From NCBI GenBank assembly GCA_963674825.1, contig OY771587.1:416001-480000 (forward strand): a stretch of 64,000 nt of DNA. Reading direction: 5' to 3'. The notes below the pieces were generated by a model that was not told where the DNA came from, searched no databases, and was given only the letters and a program-made list of their open reading frames with translations. The stretch is from Candidatus Cloacimonadales bacterium (lineage in GTDB: Bacteria > Cloacimonadota > Cloacimonadia > Cloacimonadales > JAIOQZ01). The position numbers and the translations under genes are program-made. Position 1 is the first letter of the stretch. Every line of letters starts with the position of its first letter. Positions 1-9,840 of this stretch are shown here, piece after piece.

Positions 1-1
1 C

Positions 2-457
2 AAAGCGTGGGAATACAACTGGGGATTCGTTCCTATGACCCGTGCGGAGTTCGACCACACTGTGCAGCAGCTTCTACCAATTGTCGACACCGACCTGGTG
101 TTTATCGCCGAAATCGACGGCAACCCGGTGGGCTTCTCGGTTGCGCTGCCGGACTACAACCTTGTGCTCAAAAAAATGAATGGACGACTCTTCCCATTCG
201 GCTTCATCAAAGCGCTATACTACAAGAATAAAATCAACCGGGCGCGCATCATCACGCTCGGAATCATCAAAGAATATCAGCGACGCGGTATCGACTCCGT
301 TATGCACTATATGACCTATAAAAACGGACAAGCAAAGAACTTCTACGACGGCGAACTCTCCTGGATCCTCGAGATCAACACCGTCATGAATCAGGCAGCC
401 GCCAAGCTTGGCGCCACCATCCATAAAACCTACAGATTATACGACAAGAGCTTATGA
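2..457 (+). CDS. GNAT-family N-acetyltransferase (YghO-like), 5'-truncated by the window edge
   Basis: The frame is open from position 2 (KAWEYNWGFVPMT...). It has the acetyl-CoA motif EYQRRGID and the C-terminal ELSWILEIN...KTYRLYDK typical of this family. Confidence 0.75.
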   Translation, partial: KAWEYNWGFVPMTRAEFDHTVQQLLPIVDTDLVFIAEIDGNPVGFSVALPDYNLVLKKMNGRLFPFGFIKALYYKNKINRARIITLGIIKEYQRRGIDSVMHYMTYKNGQAKNFYDGELSWILEINTVMNQAAAKLGATIHKTYRLYDKSL

Positions 458-1473
458 AACACAAACTCGTTACGCTGATCCTGCTGCTCGCAGCCACTCT
501 ATACTGCGGCGAATTCCCCGACGGTGAATTCGACTTCCACATTCCGACACGCCAGGTCTCCGGTGTCATATCCTCCATGGGCGCTATGAGCGTCACTTAT
601 CAGGATGAACCCGGTATCATCTACAACAATCCAGCTATGCTGGCTTATGCAACTGCGGGTGTTGTGGGAACCGTGCTTAAAATCGATTCCGACGAGGAAA
701 AGTCGTTCTCGCAGATGATCAAATTCAATAGCATGTTCAAAGCTGCCCGATTCGATTACCTCACTATCTATAGCGAAAAGACGGGCTTTGCCTATTACCC
801 GTTGCATCGCGAGTACGAAAACGACATTTGGGTGGACGACAACGATATCTCGCATCGCGTGTTCAAAGATTATAAGATCGATACCTTCCACCTCGGTTTG
901 GGCGACATTAAGGAAAAGATGGCCTGGGGACTCGGTATCAAGTATTACAACGGCAACATGACCTATCTTACAGAGACACTTCAGGATAGTATCTGGGTTC
1001 GAAACGACTTCGCCAAAGACGACCTCGTGGGGTATTCAGTCGATCTCGGTATGCTCTATAACTACGAGTATATCAGACTCGGACTCACCTTTTACGATCT
1101 CTTCTCACACCTTTACTGGAAAAAGCACTCCGATCACGTCATGCAGCAGCGTGCCGCTCTGGGTATGCAGTTGGGCAACAATGCCTACAAGCTGATCATC
1201 ACCACCCAGGCAAAACTGGACAAGCATCCGCAAGCCACATATCATGTTGGCCTGGAACGCGGTTTCTCCTTCAGCGAAAACGAGAAAGTGCCAAGCTCGC
1301 TATTTCTGCGCTTCGGTATTTTCAGCGAAGAATACGATAACGAGGACAATGTTTTTCAGAGCTGGGGATTCGGGTACTATTACTCGGCGGTACGGTTCGA
1401 TTTTTCCATGCTGTCTCGCGGCTTTAAGGGCAACACCAGCCGTTACCAACTCAGTATGTCCATGGGTCTGTAG
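454..1473 (+). CDS. Outer-membrane beta-barrel protein, PorV/PorQ/FadL-like
   Basis: N-terminal signal peptide, SMGA...IYNNPAMLA motif, amphipathic beta-strands and a terminal YQLSMSMGL strand. ATGA overlap with the upstream gene. Confidence 0.6.
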   Translation: MKHKLVTLILLLAATLYCGEFPDGEFDFHIPTRQVSGVISSMGAMSVTYQDEPGIIYNNPAMLAYATAGVVGTVLKIDSDEEKSFSQMIKFNSMFKAARFDYLTIYSEKTGFAYYPLHREYENDIWVDDNDISHRVFKDYKIDTFHLGLGDIKEKMAWGLGIKYYNGNMTYLTETLQDSIWVRNDFAKDDLVGYSVDLGMLYNYEYIRLGLTFYDLFSHLYWKKHSDHVMQQRAALGMQLGNNAYKLIITTQAKLDKHPQATYHVGLERGFSFSENEKVPSSLFLRFGIFSEEYDNEDNVFQSWGFGYYYSAVRFDFSMLSRGFKGNTSRYQLSMSMGL

Positions 1474-3378
1474 ATGCTTCAATTCCTGAACTCCAGCATT
1501 CTTTTCATCGCGGCGGCAGCAGCGATCCCGATCTTGATCCACCTCTTTGCCAGGAGACGGCCACAAGTTGTCGTTTTCAGCAGCATACGTCATATCAAAA
1601 ACAGTATGCAGAAGCAGAATCGACGCATCAACATCAAGAATCTGCTGCTGCTTTTAATCCGAACGCTGATTATTCTTTTCACCATTCTGGCGCTGGCACG
1701 TCCCACCCTCAAGCTTGGCTTTCTGAAGAGTAGTGCTCGGCATCCGCGAACGGCAGTTGCCATTATCCTCGATAATTCCTATTCAATGGAATACCTCGTG
1801 GAAACCAGTACAGCGCTCGATATCGCGAAGGGTCAGATTATCCAGGCCGGCGGGGTGCTCAACGAAAACGACTACACCGTCCTGATGACACTCGATGCTC
1901 AGTGGAACCGGATCAACAGCTATCTCAAGACCGGCAGTCCCGACGAAAAGACACTGCGCAACATCGAGATTTCACCCATGACCATCACACCCGAAGAGGC
2001 TGTACAACAGGCCGAAGAACTTCTGCGAGAATCACAGCTTCCCAACCGCGAGATATGGTTTTTCACAGACCGACAGTTGCAAAAATACCCTGCCTCAACC
2101 GAGACGCCGCTGCTGGTTATACGTGCCGGCAACTACGATAGCCAGAACAACCTCAGTTGCCAAAACGCTCGTTTCCTCGTCGAACTGGTTGATCGTTCGG
2201 TGGATCACGAACTGCAATTCGACGTGGTCAATCACTCACCCAACAACCAGACAGGCATCATATGCCAGCTCAATCTCGACGGTAGAACCATCGCTGAGCA
2301 GGCAATAGACGTGGCCGCAATGCAGACTAAAACCTCGTCGTTCAAGATCGGTCTGGATCGCCCGGGCTGGCACAGCGGATTCGTTTCGATCAAGAACGAA
2401 CGACTGCTATACGACAATCGGAGCTGGTTCACCTTCTACAACGAGCCCAACCCGCGCGTTGGCGTCATTTCGGATTCGGCAGCGCTCCCGCTTACGCTGA
2501 ACTCCATCCTGGATGTTTTTGCAGGTTCGATCGATTTCCTCCCCGACAACATAGACAGCGGTGATCTGGCATCCTATCATGCGATCATCGTCTACAGAAA
2601 AGCATGGTCACCAAAGCTCGATTTCCTCATGCAGGGCGCGACAGACAAGACGCTCTTCATTGCCGATTCGCTGCTTTCAAGCGATTGGAAAACCTTTATT
2701 ACTGGCCGCACCGGCGTAACGCCTACTCTTTATTTCGACGACGCACTGCGCACTATCGATCAGATCAGCGGATTCCATTCGATCACTTCCGTGTTCGATC
2801 GTGAGAAGCTGCGCAACACACGTATCAGCGGCTTCTGGCAATCGATATCGGGAAAGGTCAATGGCGATATCCTCATGCAGGCGGGCAATTCGCCCCTTGC
2901 GATAGCCTCAGATTCCGGCCTCTTCTGGCTGTTCGATCCCGCTGATATAACCGATCCGTTCCTGCTCGATTCCAGCTTCCCGGTTTTCGCGTATCGCTGC
3001 CTGCAATATCAGTCCACCACCGGACTGCTGCAAAGCGATCTTCGCATCGGCGACCTTATGCCTCGCAGCTATCACCAGGTGAAGCAGCCCGATGGATCGA
3101 TCATTCGAACCGGGACTCTTACCCAACCCGGAATATACAACGACGTGGAGAGCGGCGCACAATTTGCCGTCAACCTCCGCTATGACGAAAGCCGCTTCCA
3201 GCCCATACAAGAAGAGGGTAAGAATATTTACTGGCTGGACGACAACTGGCAGCAGGAAATTCTGCAATCACGCTACGGCTTTGAACTATGGAAATATCTG
3301 CTGATCGCTGCGCTTGTGCTTTTCATCCTCGAGATGGTGCTGGTTCGCAGCCTGGAACGCTCCGGAGAATCAAGATGA
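1474..3378 (+). CDS. BatA (aerotolerance regulator N-terminal) and vWA domain membrane protein
   Basis: N-terminal FLN...AIPILIHLF.RR...LLLLIR...LALARP, MIDAS motif LDNSYSM, and a C-terminal TM ELWKYLLIAALVLFILE. Confidence 0.85.
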   Translation: MLQFLNSSILFIAAAAAIPILIHLFARRRPQVVVFSSIRHIKNSMQKQNRRINIKNLLLLLIRTLIILFTILALARPTLKLGFLKSSARHPRTAVAIILDNSYSMEYLVETSTALDIAKGQIIQAGGVLNENDYTVLMTLDAQWNRINSYLKTGSPDEKTLRNIEISPMTITPEEAVQQAEELLRESQLPNREIWFFTDRQLQKYPASTETPLLVIRAGNYDSQNNLSCQNARFLVELVDRSVDHELQFDVVNHSPNNQTGIICQLNLDGRTIAEQAIDVAAMQTKTSSFKIGLDRPGWHSGFVSIKNERLLYDNRSWFTFYNEPNPRVGVISDSAALPLTLNSILDVFAGSIDFLPDNIDSGDLASYHAIIVYRKAWSPKLDFLMQGATDKTLFIADSLLSSDWKTFITGRTGVTPTLYFDDALRTIDQISGFHSITSVFDREKLRNTRISGFWQSISGKVNGDILMQAGNSPLAIASDSGLFWLFDPADITDPFLLDSSFPVFAYRCLQYQSTTGLLQSDLRIGDLMPRSYHQVKQPDGSIIRTGTLTQPGIYNDVESGAQFAVNLRYDESRFQPIQEEGKNIYWLDDNWQQEILQSRYGFELWKYLLIAALVLFILEMVLVRSLERSGESR

Positions 3379-4409
3379 TACTGAAAGAATATATAAACGC
3401 AATAAAGAAGACCTATACCCCATCACGCCTGATGAACCTGATCAAGTCGTTTTCCGCGTATGGCTTGTCGCTGGTGCTCAGAAAACCGATCGTGTGGGGA
3501 TTTCCACCGTTTCTGATGCTCGAACCGACCAATAGCTGCAACCTCAAATGCCCGATGTGTCCATCCGGAAACGGCACCCTGAAGCGCCCCAAAGGCTTCA
3601 TGGATTTTGAGCTTTATAAGAAGATTATCGACGAGATCCAGAAACGCACCAGCCTGATTTGCTTCTGGAATCAGGGTGAACCATTCCTGCATCCGCGCAT
3701 CATCGACATGGTGAAGTACGCGTCCGAAAAAGGAATCTTCACCCAGATATCCACCAACGCCAACATTATGCCCGATGCCGAAGAACTGGTTCGATCTGGC
3801 CTCGATTCGCTGATCGTCTCCCTCGACGGAGCGCAACAGGAGAGCTACAATCGTTATCGTGTCAATGGTGACTTTAACAAGGTGATCGAGAATGCCCGTA
3901 AGCTGATCGAAGCAAAGAAAAAGCTTCACGCATCCACACCAGTTATCAAGTGGCAGTTCATCGTGATGAAGCATAACGAAAACGAGATCGAGATCATTCG
4001 CGACCTCTCGAAGAGCCTGGGCGTCGATCAACTGATCCTTAAGACAGTGCAGGTCTATACGAAAGATGATATACGCAATTTCATGCCTGAAAATCCGAAA
4101 TACAGGCGCTACAAAGTGGAAGGCGATCACTTTGAACTCAAGCACGAGGTGAAGAATCGCTGCCGCCGCATCTGGACCAACCCGGTAATCAATTGGGACG
4201 GCGAGATGGCTGTCTGCTGTTTCGATAAAGACGTCGATGTCAAAGTCGGCAACGTCAATGACGAGCGCATCAAGGATATCTGGAAAGGCAAGGCGTTCAA
4301 CCGTATGCGTCAGCGTATCCTTACCAATCGCAAAAGCATACCGATGTGCCTGAATTGCGGCGAGGGAATCAAGCTTCGTATCAGCGAGACCAGTGTTCAG
4401 TCCGATTAA
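3375..4409 (+). CDS. Radical SAM protein with SPASM/twitch domain
   Basis: CNLKCPMC (CxxxCxxC), GEPFLHP and C-terminal C..W...CCFD...CLNC. Start reassigned to the ATG overlapping the upstream TGA. Confidence 0.9.
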   Translation: MILKEYINAIKKTYTPSRLMNLIKSFSAYGLSLVLRKPIVWGFPPFLMLEPTNSCNLKCPMCPSGNGTLKRPKGFMDFELYKKIIDEIQKRTSLICFWNQGEPFLHPRIIDMVKYASEKGIFTQISTNANIMPDAEELVRSGLDSLIVSLDGAQQESYNRYRVNGDFNKVIENARKLIEAKKKLHASTPVIKWQFIVMKHNENEIEIIRDLSKSLGVDQLILKTVQVYTKDDIRNFMPENPKYRRYKVEGDHFELKHEVKNRCRRIWTNPVINWDGEMAVCCFDKDVDVKVGNVNDERIKDIWKGKAFNRMRQRILTNRKSIPMCLNCGEGIKLRISETSVQSD

Positions 4410-4411
4410 TC

Positions 4412-4441
4412 TTGACGTGATATTAGCAAATACTGTATCAT
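4412..4441 (+). promoter_or_regulatory. Putative sigma70 promoter for the lipoprotein-lon genes
   Basis: TTGACG-N18-TATCAT upstream of a GGAGG RBS. Confidence 0.5.
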
Positions 4442-4470
4442 CGAATTAGATTCATTTCGGGAGGTTTACA

Positions 4471-4824
4471 ATGGTTCGAATACTGGTCATAATGGTTGCA
4501 ATATCTGTTATTTTCCTTGCTGGCTGTGAGTTGTCAAAGTACAGCAAAACGGAAGTCAAAGAATACACACAAGCATACGGCGAAAGGGGTTACACTCTTG
4601 GCAGAGCTATCGAGAGAGCTCAGGAATCCCTGACGCCATCCAATTCCAATTCCGAACTGGAATGGAAGATATCTCACAAAGGTGAGGACGTATTCAACGT
4701 CACCATCGAGATTCTTGTGGACGACATCAACGAAGACGAATTGGAATTTGAAGTAGATATGCGCAAAAAGGTCATCCGTGGATTGAACGAAGACTCGGAG
4801 AAGATCATGCGTAATTTCGAATAG
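4471..4824 (+). CDS. Hypothetical lipoprotein
   Basis: Lipobox FLAGC after a hydrophobic stretch; GGAGG RBS. Confidence 0.75.
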   Translation: MVRILVIMVAISVIFLAGCELSKYSKTEVKEYTQAYGERGYTLGRAIERAQESLTPSNSNSELEWKISHKGEDVFNVTIEILVDDINEDELEFEVDMRKKVIRGLNEDSEKIMRNFE

Positions 4825-4853
4825 AAAAAAACGTACAGTAAACGGAGGATTTC

Positions 4854-7202
4854 ATGTCAAGCCTGCGAACAGGCAGTAATAGATCGCTGGAATATCCAGT
4901 TATACCGCTACGTAACGCACTGATGGTGCCCTATGTCATCACACCGATTTTGGTAGGGAGACCAGGCTCGCTCGATGCACTCGAGCAAGCATATCTGGGT
5001 GATAAAACCGTCATCTGCGTTACGCAAAAAAACAACCTTCAAGGCGAGGAAGATCCACCTGCGAAGGATATGTACCGCATCGGAACCATCTGCTCGGTAC
5101 TTCAGATCTTCCGCATGCCGGACGGCAACGTCCGTGCGCTGATAGAAGGACGCGAACGTATCTCCATCAAGCGCTTCAAGCGTACCAAGACGATTATGAA
5201 GGCGCAGATTTATCCCGCCGGATTCATTATGGGCAGCATCGATCACGAGCTGGAAGCCATGGTACGCTCACTAAAGCGCTCGTTCCAGGAATACGTACAC
5301 CTTTCGCGCACCATCCCGGAAGAATCGCTCGTGCCGCTCGACGAGATCGAAAAGCCGGAGGAGTTCTTCTACTTCGTGCTCACCAACCTCGATATCGACC
5401 TCAAGACCAAGCAGCAGATATTCGAGATGGACGATTTCCATACCGCCATCAACGAGCTTTATGAGCTTTTGATAAACGAAATAGAGATTCTCAAGCTTGA
5501 AAAGAATATCGACATAAAGGTCAAGGGTAAGCTCGGTAAGCTTCAACGAGAATATTACCTGCACGAACAGCTCAAGATCATCCATAAGGAACTCGGCATT
5601 TCGGAAGAAGAGCAGGAAGACCTGATCCGTTTCCGACAACTTCTGGAAGAGACGCCGCTGAACGACGAAGCCAAGAAGCGCGCGCAGGAAGAGATCAAGC
5701 GGCTCTCTCGCCTCACACCGCACGCGCAGGAATACTCTGTCGTTTACCACTATCTCACCTGGATGTTCGATCTGCCTTGGAGCAAACCTGCCAAGACCGA
5801 TATCGATATCGTTAAAGCGCGTGGCATCCTCGACGAAGATCACTACGGGCTGGAGAAGGTCAAAGAACGAATCCTCGAACACCTTGCCGTAATCAAGCTG
5901 GCTGGAGGATCGAAAGGGCAGATATTGTGCTTTGTAGGCCCTCCCGGCGTTGGCAAAACATCGCTGGGTAAGTCTATCGCACGGGCACTGGGACGGAAAT
6001 TTGTCAGGCTTTCATTGGGTGGCGTTCGCGACGAAGCGGAAATCCGAGGACATCGCAGGACCTACATCGGCGCGCTGCCGGGTGTCATCATCCAAAGTAT
6101 GAAGAAAGCAGGTACTACCAATCCGCTCATCATGATGGACGAAGTCGATAAAATGAGCGTCGATTTCCGCGGCGATCCTTCGGCCGCACTACTGGAGGTG
6201 CTGGACGCGGAGCAAAACCATGAGTTCCGCGATCACTACCTGGATTTCGGCTACGATCTCTCCAAGGTGCTATTCATCACTACCGCGAATCAGCTCGGGC
6301 CTATACCGAAGCCACTTATCGACCGCATGGAAGTGATTCACATTCCTGGCTACACCAGTATCGAGAAACTGCACATCGCCGAGGAGCATCTGGTTCCGAA
6401 GCAGATCGAACACCACAATCTCAACGAGCACATCGACCTTACCTTCGAAGCAAAGGCGATCGAGGGGATTATCGAAAGCTACACCCGTGAAGCCGGTGTT
6501 CGCGACCTCGAACGCAAGATTTCTACTGTTGTACGCAAGGTGATCCGCACGTACCTCGAGAAGCCAAAGAAAAAGAAATACACGATCAAACCCACTGAAC
6601 TCAAGAACTGGCTGGGCGTCCCGCACTACCTTTACCCTGAGATTGATCGCACACCACAGGTTGGAATCGTGACCGGCCTTGCATGGACTGCTGCCGGAGG
6701 CGAAATCCTCCAGGTTGAGGTTATCAAGCTGCCAGGAGAAGGGAAAGTCACCCTGACCGGTAAGCTGGGCGACGTGATGAAGGAATCGGCGCAAGCAGCG
6801 ATCAGCTACGCGCGTCTGCATGCCGAAGAGCTTGGAATCGATGCAGATTGCCACAAGAAGTGCGACTTGCATCTTCACATCCCGGAGGGAGCTATCCCCA
6901 AAGATGGACCATCAGCAGGCGTTACAATGACCACCGCAATCGTCTCAGCACTTTCGGGCCTGAAGGTAGATTGCGATGTTGCCATGACCGGCGAGATCAC
7001 CTTATCCGGAAAAGTGCTGCCCATCGGCGGACTGGAAGAGAAGCTCATCGCGGCAAAGCAAGCGGGTATCAAACGTGTGATCGTACCGAAAAAGAATGAG
7101 CCGCGCATCAGTGAGATCAAAAAGGAAGTGCTCAAGGGTCTCAAGATTATATTCGTAGAGCGGATCGAAGAAGTACTCGAAATCGCGCTTATTAAATCAT
7201 GA
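4854..7202 (+). CDS. lon: ATP-dependent protease La (Lon)
   Basis: Lon N-domain, Walker A GPPGVGKTS, GHRRTYIGA, catalytic PKDGPSAG and IGGLEEK. Confidence 0.98.
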   Translation: MSSLRTGSNRSLEYPVIPLRNALMVPYVITPILVGRPGSLDALEQAYLGDKTVICVTQKNNLQGEEDPPAKDMYRIGTICSVLQIFRMPDGNVRALIEGRERISIKRFKRTKTIMKAQIYPAGFIMGSIDHELEAMVRSLKRSFQEYVHLSRTIPEESLVPLDEIEKPEEFFYFVLTNLDIDLKTKQQIFEMDDFHTAINELYELLINEIEILKLEKNIDIKVKGKLGKLQREYYLHEQLKIIHKELGISEEEQEDLIRFRQLLEETPLNDEAKKRAQEEIKRLSRLTPHAQEYSVVYHYLTWMFDLPWSKPAKTDIDIVKARGILDEDHYGLEKVKERILEHLAVIKLAGGSKGQILCFVGPPGVGKTSLGKSIARALGRKFVRLSLGGVRDEAEIRGHRRTYIGALPGVIIQSMKKAGTTNPLIMMDEVDKMSVDFRGDPSAALLEVLDAEQNHEFRDHYLDFGYDLSKVLFITTANQLGPIPKPLIDRMEVIHIPGYTSIEKLHIAEEHLVPKQIEHHNLNEHIDLTFEAKAIEGIIESYTREAGVRDLERKISTVVRKVIRTYLEKPKKKKYTIKPTELKNWLGVPHYLYPEIDRTPQVGIVTGLAWTAAGGEILQVEVIKLPGEGKVTLTGKLGDVMKESAQAAISYARLHAEELGIDADCHKKCDLHLHIPEGAIPKDGPSAGVTMTTAIVSALSGLKVDCDVAMTGEITLSGKVLPIGGLEEKLIAAKQAGIKRVIVPKKNEPRISEIKKEVLKGLKIIFVERIEEVLEIALIKS

Positions 7203-7444
7203 GAAATTGTTTTCATTTCGTCGGGGAGCAGCAGCTCTCCGACGGTTCTTTGAGGCTTAAGCTGGATATCGATCCTTCGCTGTTTGTTACAGTTGGATTT
7301 ATACTGGAATCGTTAGAAGGTTGTTGTATTTACACAACGGTTTTCGAGGAGAAAAAACAATTCTTGCAGGTGGATATTCCGCCTGATTACATCACGACGA
7401 CAAAACAACTGATGGACGCGATTGAATCGTATCTCGACAGCTGA
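7199..7444 (+). CDS. Small protein, DUF4911-like
   Basis: GFILESLEG..IYTT pattern; ATGA overlap with the lon stop. Confidence 0.55.
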   Translation: MRNCFHFVGEQQLSDGSLRLKLDIDPSLFVTVGFILESLEGCCIYTTVFEEKKQFLQVDIPPDYITTTKQLMDAIESYLDS

Positions 7445-7445
7445 T

Positions 7446-7838
7446 TCAGACTTTATTGATCCAGCGCTCCAGCTGGCTTACGGCGTTTTCGACGCGTTGT
7501 AGTAAAATCTCGAGATTCAGCGGTTTCCGGAAATAATCGTCGAAACCAGCTTCGCGAGATTCCTTCAATTCATACGCTGTAGGGTAACCGGTCATCGCAA
7601 TGCGGATCATATCCGGAACCTGCTTCATCAGCTGCTTCCCCAGATTAAGCCCACTCTCGTGCAGTAGCTTCAAATCGATGATCGCGAGACGTATCGATTC
7701 TTTTTCCACCAGATCGACAACTCCTTTTGAACTGGCTGCCTCAAACACTTCGAAATTGTGATTTGAAAAGAACCGGGAAAGCATTACGCGCATGAGTTCT
7801 TCGTCGTCAACGATGAGTATTTTTCTGATATTTTGCAT
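7446..7838 (-). CDS. Single-domain response regulator (REC)
   Basis: ILIVDDE, phospho-acceptor AIIDLKL, MTG and DYFRKP. Confidence 0.92.
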   Translation of the reverse strand: MQNIRKILIVDDEELMRVMLSRFFSNHNFEVFEAASSKGVVDLVEKESIRLAIIDLKLLHESGLNLGKQLMKQVPDMIRIAMTGYPTAYELKESREAGFDDYFRKPLNLEILLQRVENAVSQLERWINKV

Positions 7839-8015
7839 GACAAAATGATCATTGACCGATTAAAAGATGTCAATCCATTTATTTCCCTCTTTGATACAGA
7901 TTCTTATCTGGAAAGCGTAATGAACGATTTTTCAGCATATTACATCAATATAGAATTTTGAATAATATTCTTTCATGAGAGAACAGCAAGCTGAAAAATT
8001 CAGTAACAAGGTCGG

Positions 8016-9353
8016 TTATACAAGGAAGATCGAGGCAAGGCCAAGGAATGAAGCGAATCCGCCGATGTCGGTCAGCATGGTGATGATAACGCTTGATGCA
8101 AGTGCCGGATCGATCTTCAGTCGTTTCATGATAATGGGAACCAGCGAACCGCACAGCGCAGCGATGAACATGTTGCAAACCATCGAGATGCCCAGCACGA
8201 TACCCAGCTTGAAGTTGCCCTTGAGCACAAAAGCGATACCCATGGCGATCGTTCCGATCATGAATCCGTTCATGATGCCGACGGACACCTCTTTAAAAAG
8301 TGCTTTCCAGGTGTTGTAAATGGTCAGTTCCCCCAACGCGATACCACGTGTAATGACTGTAAGTGTCTGAGTACCGGAGTTTCCGCCGAGTCCAGCAACG
8401 ATCGGCATGAGCACAGCGAGTACGGGATGCTGACCAATGAATCCCTCAAATACGCCCACAACGCTCGAAACAAGCAGCGCAGTGAAAAGATTCAGCACCA
8501 GCCATGGAAGACGTTTCAGGACAGAATTCAGGGGCGCAGTGAAGACTTTATCCTCACTTTCTAGCCCGACCATCTTGTAGGCGTCTTCGGACGCCTCTTC
8601 GTCGATAACGTCGATAATATCATCAACTGTGATTCGGCCGAGTAGATGGCCTTCATCGTCAATTACCGGAAGCGCGTAGATGTCGTACTTACGGAAAAGC
8701 GTCGCGACCTCTTCCTGGTCGGTATCAACGTGAGTGCTGATCACATCTTCGCTCATAAGGTCTTTGGCGCGTTTACTCGGCGAACAGAGGAGCAATTGAA
8801 CCAGATCCAGACCGCCGATCAAACGATTCTCGTCGTCCACCACAAACACGTAGTGGATGTTCTCGACTTCTTCGACGTTTTCGCGGATCAGTTCGATAAG
8901 CTCATCGCGGCGCATATCCTGATTTACCGCGATAATCTCGGTTTGCATCAGACCGCCGGCGCTGTCCTCTTCGTAGTTGAGCAGTCGCCTCAGGTTTTCG
9001 GAATCCTCTTGGTCGATGTTTTCCAGGACATGACGCGAAACATCGTCGTCGAGGTCGGAGATGATATCCGCTGCCTCGTCGGTATCCATTTCGTCGATGA
9101 TGCGGACAAGTCGCTCGCTGTTAAAATGCTCGAGGATCTCTTCACGAACCTCTTCGTGCATTTCGGCGAGTACTTCCGAGGCGATCTCGTCGCTCATGTT
9201 CTTAAAGGCGTAGATCTGAAATTCTTCGGGCAGGTCATTGATAACCACAGCGATATCGGCAGGGTGCGTTTCGTCGAACACCTGGCGCAGCTGTTCTGCC
9301 TGTTCCTGTTCGATCAGATCATAAATCAGATCGAAGTTCAGCTGGTTATCCAT
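8016..9353 (-). CDS. mgtE: Magnesium transporter MgtE
   Basis: HPADIA N-domain, CBS pair, RLPWL, GGNSGTQT and DPALAS...TDIGG. Confidence 0.97.
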   Translation of the reverse strand: MDNQLNFDLIYDLIEQEQAEQLRQVFDETHPADIAVVINDLPEEFQIYAFKNMSDEIASEVLAEMHEEVREEILEHFNSERLVRIIDEMDTDEAADIISDLDDDVSRHVLENIDQEDSENLRRLLNYEEDSAGGLMQTEIIAVNQDMRRDELIELIRENVEEVENIHYVFVVDDENRLIGGLDLVQLLLCSPSKRAKDLMSEDVISTHVDTDQEEVATLFRKYDIYALPVIDDEGHLLGRITVDDIIDVIDEEASEDAYKMVGLESEDKVFTAPLNSVLKRLPWLVLNLFTALLVSSVVGVFEGFIGQHPVLAVLMPIVAGLGGNSGTQTLTVITRGIALGELTIYNTWKALFKEVSVGIMNGFMIGTIAMGIAFVLKGNFKLGIVLGISMVCNMFIAALCGSLVPIIMKRLKIDPALASSVIITMLTDIGGFASFLGLASIFLV

Positions 9354-9415
9354 GAATACCCCTTTGTTACTATTTGCCCTTCAGATACATGCGAAAAGCG
9401 TGTATAATACATGGC

Positions 9416-9442
9416 AAAAAAAAAGGCTGCGTAAAGCAGCCT
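9416..9442 (-). terminator. Intrinsic terminator of the ribosomal cluster
   Basis: AGGCTGC-N5-GCAGCCT hairpin followed by a T-run on the minus strand, after rplQ. Confidence 0.85.
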
Positions 9443-9455
9443 GATTGAAGTTCTT

Positions 9456-9839
9456 TTATTTCTTCTCGTCGCTTTCGATAACGACGCGATCTACAACTTC
9501 GATGATCGCCATCGGTGCGTTATCGCCCCGACGATGACCTTTTTGCATGATTCTCGTATAGCCACCATTGCGATTCTCATAGCGTGGGGCCAGCTCGTCA
9601 AATACTTTTTTCACGAGTGTACGATCTGCCAAAATCTTGTATGCAAGCCTGCGATGATGGACTTCACCACGTTTTCCGTAGGTGACGACACGTTCGAAGA
9701 GTCGGCGTGCTTCTTTGGCTTTTGCATGCGTGGTTACGATACGTTCGTGACGGACAAGCTCTTTCACGAGGTTGTTCAAGAGGGCTTTCCGATGGTCAGC
9801 CTCCCGTCCGAATTTCCTGCCTTCTACGCGATGTCGCAT
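9456..9839 (-). CDS. rplQ: 50S ribosomal protein L17
   Basis: MRHR...RKFGR...RNGGYTRI...RRGDNAPMA. Confidence 0.98.
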   Translation of the reverse strand: MRHRVEGRKFGREADHRKALLNNLVKELVRHERIVTTHAKAKEARRLFERVVTYGKRGEVHHRRLAYKILADRTLVKKVFDELAPRYENRNGGYTRIMQKGHRRGDNAPMAIIEVVDRVVIESDEKK

Positions 9840-9840
9840 G

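Noticed and set aside
3288..3374. Extended N-termini from the ORF track (radical SAM, rplF, rplE, iorB, gamma subunit, VIT-vWA, third rhomboid, FkbM)
   Set aside because: The extensions overlap upstream genes or lack an RBS. Downstream starts with a good RBS or ATGA coupling were used instead.
9354..9455. M-box (Mg2+) riboswitch before mgtE
   Set aside because: Only about 60 nt lie between the rplQ terminator and the mgtE start, which is too short.
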